This document shows, piece by piece, positions 63,412 to 64,000 of a DNA stretch of 64,000 nucleotides. Origin of the DNA: an uncultured delta proteobacterium (GTDB taxonomy: Bacteria > Desulfobacterota > Desulfobacteria > Desulfobacterales > JAHEIW01); NCBI GenBank assembly GCA_963706575.1, contig CAVPNL010000008.1, forward strand, positions 192,001 to 256,000, written 5' to 3'. Both the position numbers and the translations under genes were made by a program. Position 1 is the first letter of the stretch. Every line of letters begins with the position of its first letter. The notes beneath the pieces were generated by a model, which was given only the letters and a program-made list of their open reading frames with translations, was not told the origin of the DNA and searched no databases.

Positions 63412-63994
63412 CGTTTCCTTCCAGGGTGACTTTTTTCGTATTTAGATCAAATGATATGGTATCCGCTGCCAGATGCGCTTCGGGCCCGGAAATCGTAACC
63501 GGCGCTGTCGAATACAGCACGCGTTTATCGTGGGCGTAATTCAGTCCTTTGGTCAGCAGCTTGTATTCTCTGTTTATTACCACGACATTACCGGATACTT
63601 CAATATCATTTGAGTCGGTGTTCAATATGCCCTTATCAGCTGTAAGGGTAATTTCACTTGCATCATCGAGAAAAAAGGTGACCATCAGGTCGTCTAAGAC
63701 CATTTGACTGGTCTTGCCGATATAATTGGCCGAAGCGGCTTCAAGACTCCATTCCTTTTTTCCTTTGCGGGTAGCGGTATGATGGATTTTACCGATTGAC
63801 AGGGTCGCATCCGGCTCAACCGTCTCCGGGATCGGCTCGGTGACCGTTGAGTCCTGTTGAAAACCGATGTAAATCCAGATGACGCCACCGAGTGTAATGC
63901 AGATGGTCATCAGTAGAAATATTTTTAATTTTTTAGGTTTTCTATAATCAGTTGCCATGGATATTCTTTCTTCCAGATAAAATGCCGGACTCAA
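63377..63994 (-). CDS. lptC: LPS export periplasmic protein LptC
   Basis: N-terminal TM, W.LEA..A, GNVVV; synteny with lptA/lptB. Confidence 0.8.
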   Translation of the reverse strand: MSPAFYLEERISMATDYRKPKKLKIFLLMTICITLGGVIWIYIGFQQDSTVTEPIPETVEPDATLSIGKIHHTATRKGKKEWSLEAASANYIGKTSQMVLDDLMVTFFLDDASEITLTADKGILNTDSNDIEVSGNVVVINREYKLLTKGLNYAHDKRVLYSTAPVTISGPEAHLAADTISFDLNTKKVTLEGNVETTLANNFAL

Positions 63995-64000
63995 TTCCGC

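Overview
Chromosomal window that looks like a sulfate-reducing deltaproteobacterium (Desulfobacterales-like; inferred from gene content). Left core region (1-27 kb): murA, comEC, the siroheme-dependent heme genes ahbC-hemB-ahbD, a ClpX-like ATPase and an acetate/propionate activation cluster (acs, solute:sodium symporter, prpE, response regulator, PAS/exonuclease, CrbS-like symporter-kinase, cNMP/CBS nucleotidyltransferase). Right core region (55-64 kb): lptCAB-rpoN-hpf-ptsN-rapZ-EIIA-gap-tpiA-secG ending in tRNA-Leu(GAG). Between them lies a ~27 kb accessory region (about 28.2-55.2 kb). It is cut into at least seven unrelated cargo segments by six direct copies of the tRNA-Leu 3' end. Each copy has a conserved attP-like arm on one side (IHF-consensus site plus short direct repeats; ~130 bp in four copies, truncated in two) and usually a terminator hairpin on the other. 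No integrase is visible, so the region reads as a tRNA-anchored, integron-like array of non-autonomous cassettes. Several single-base frameshifts in otherwise intact genes suggest indel errors in the assembly.
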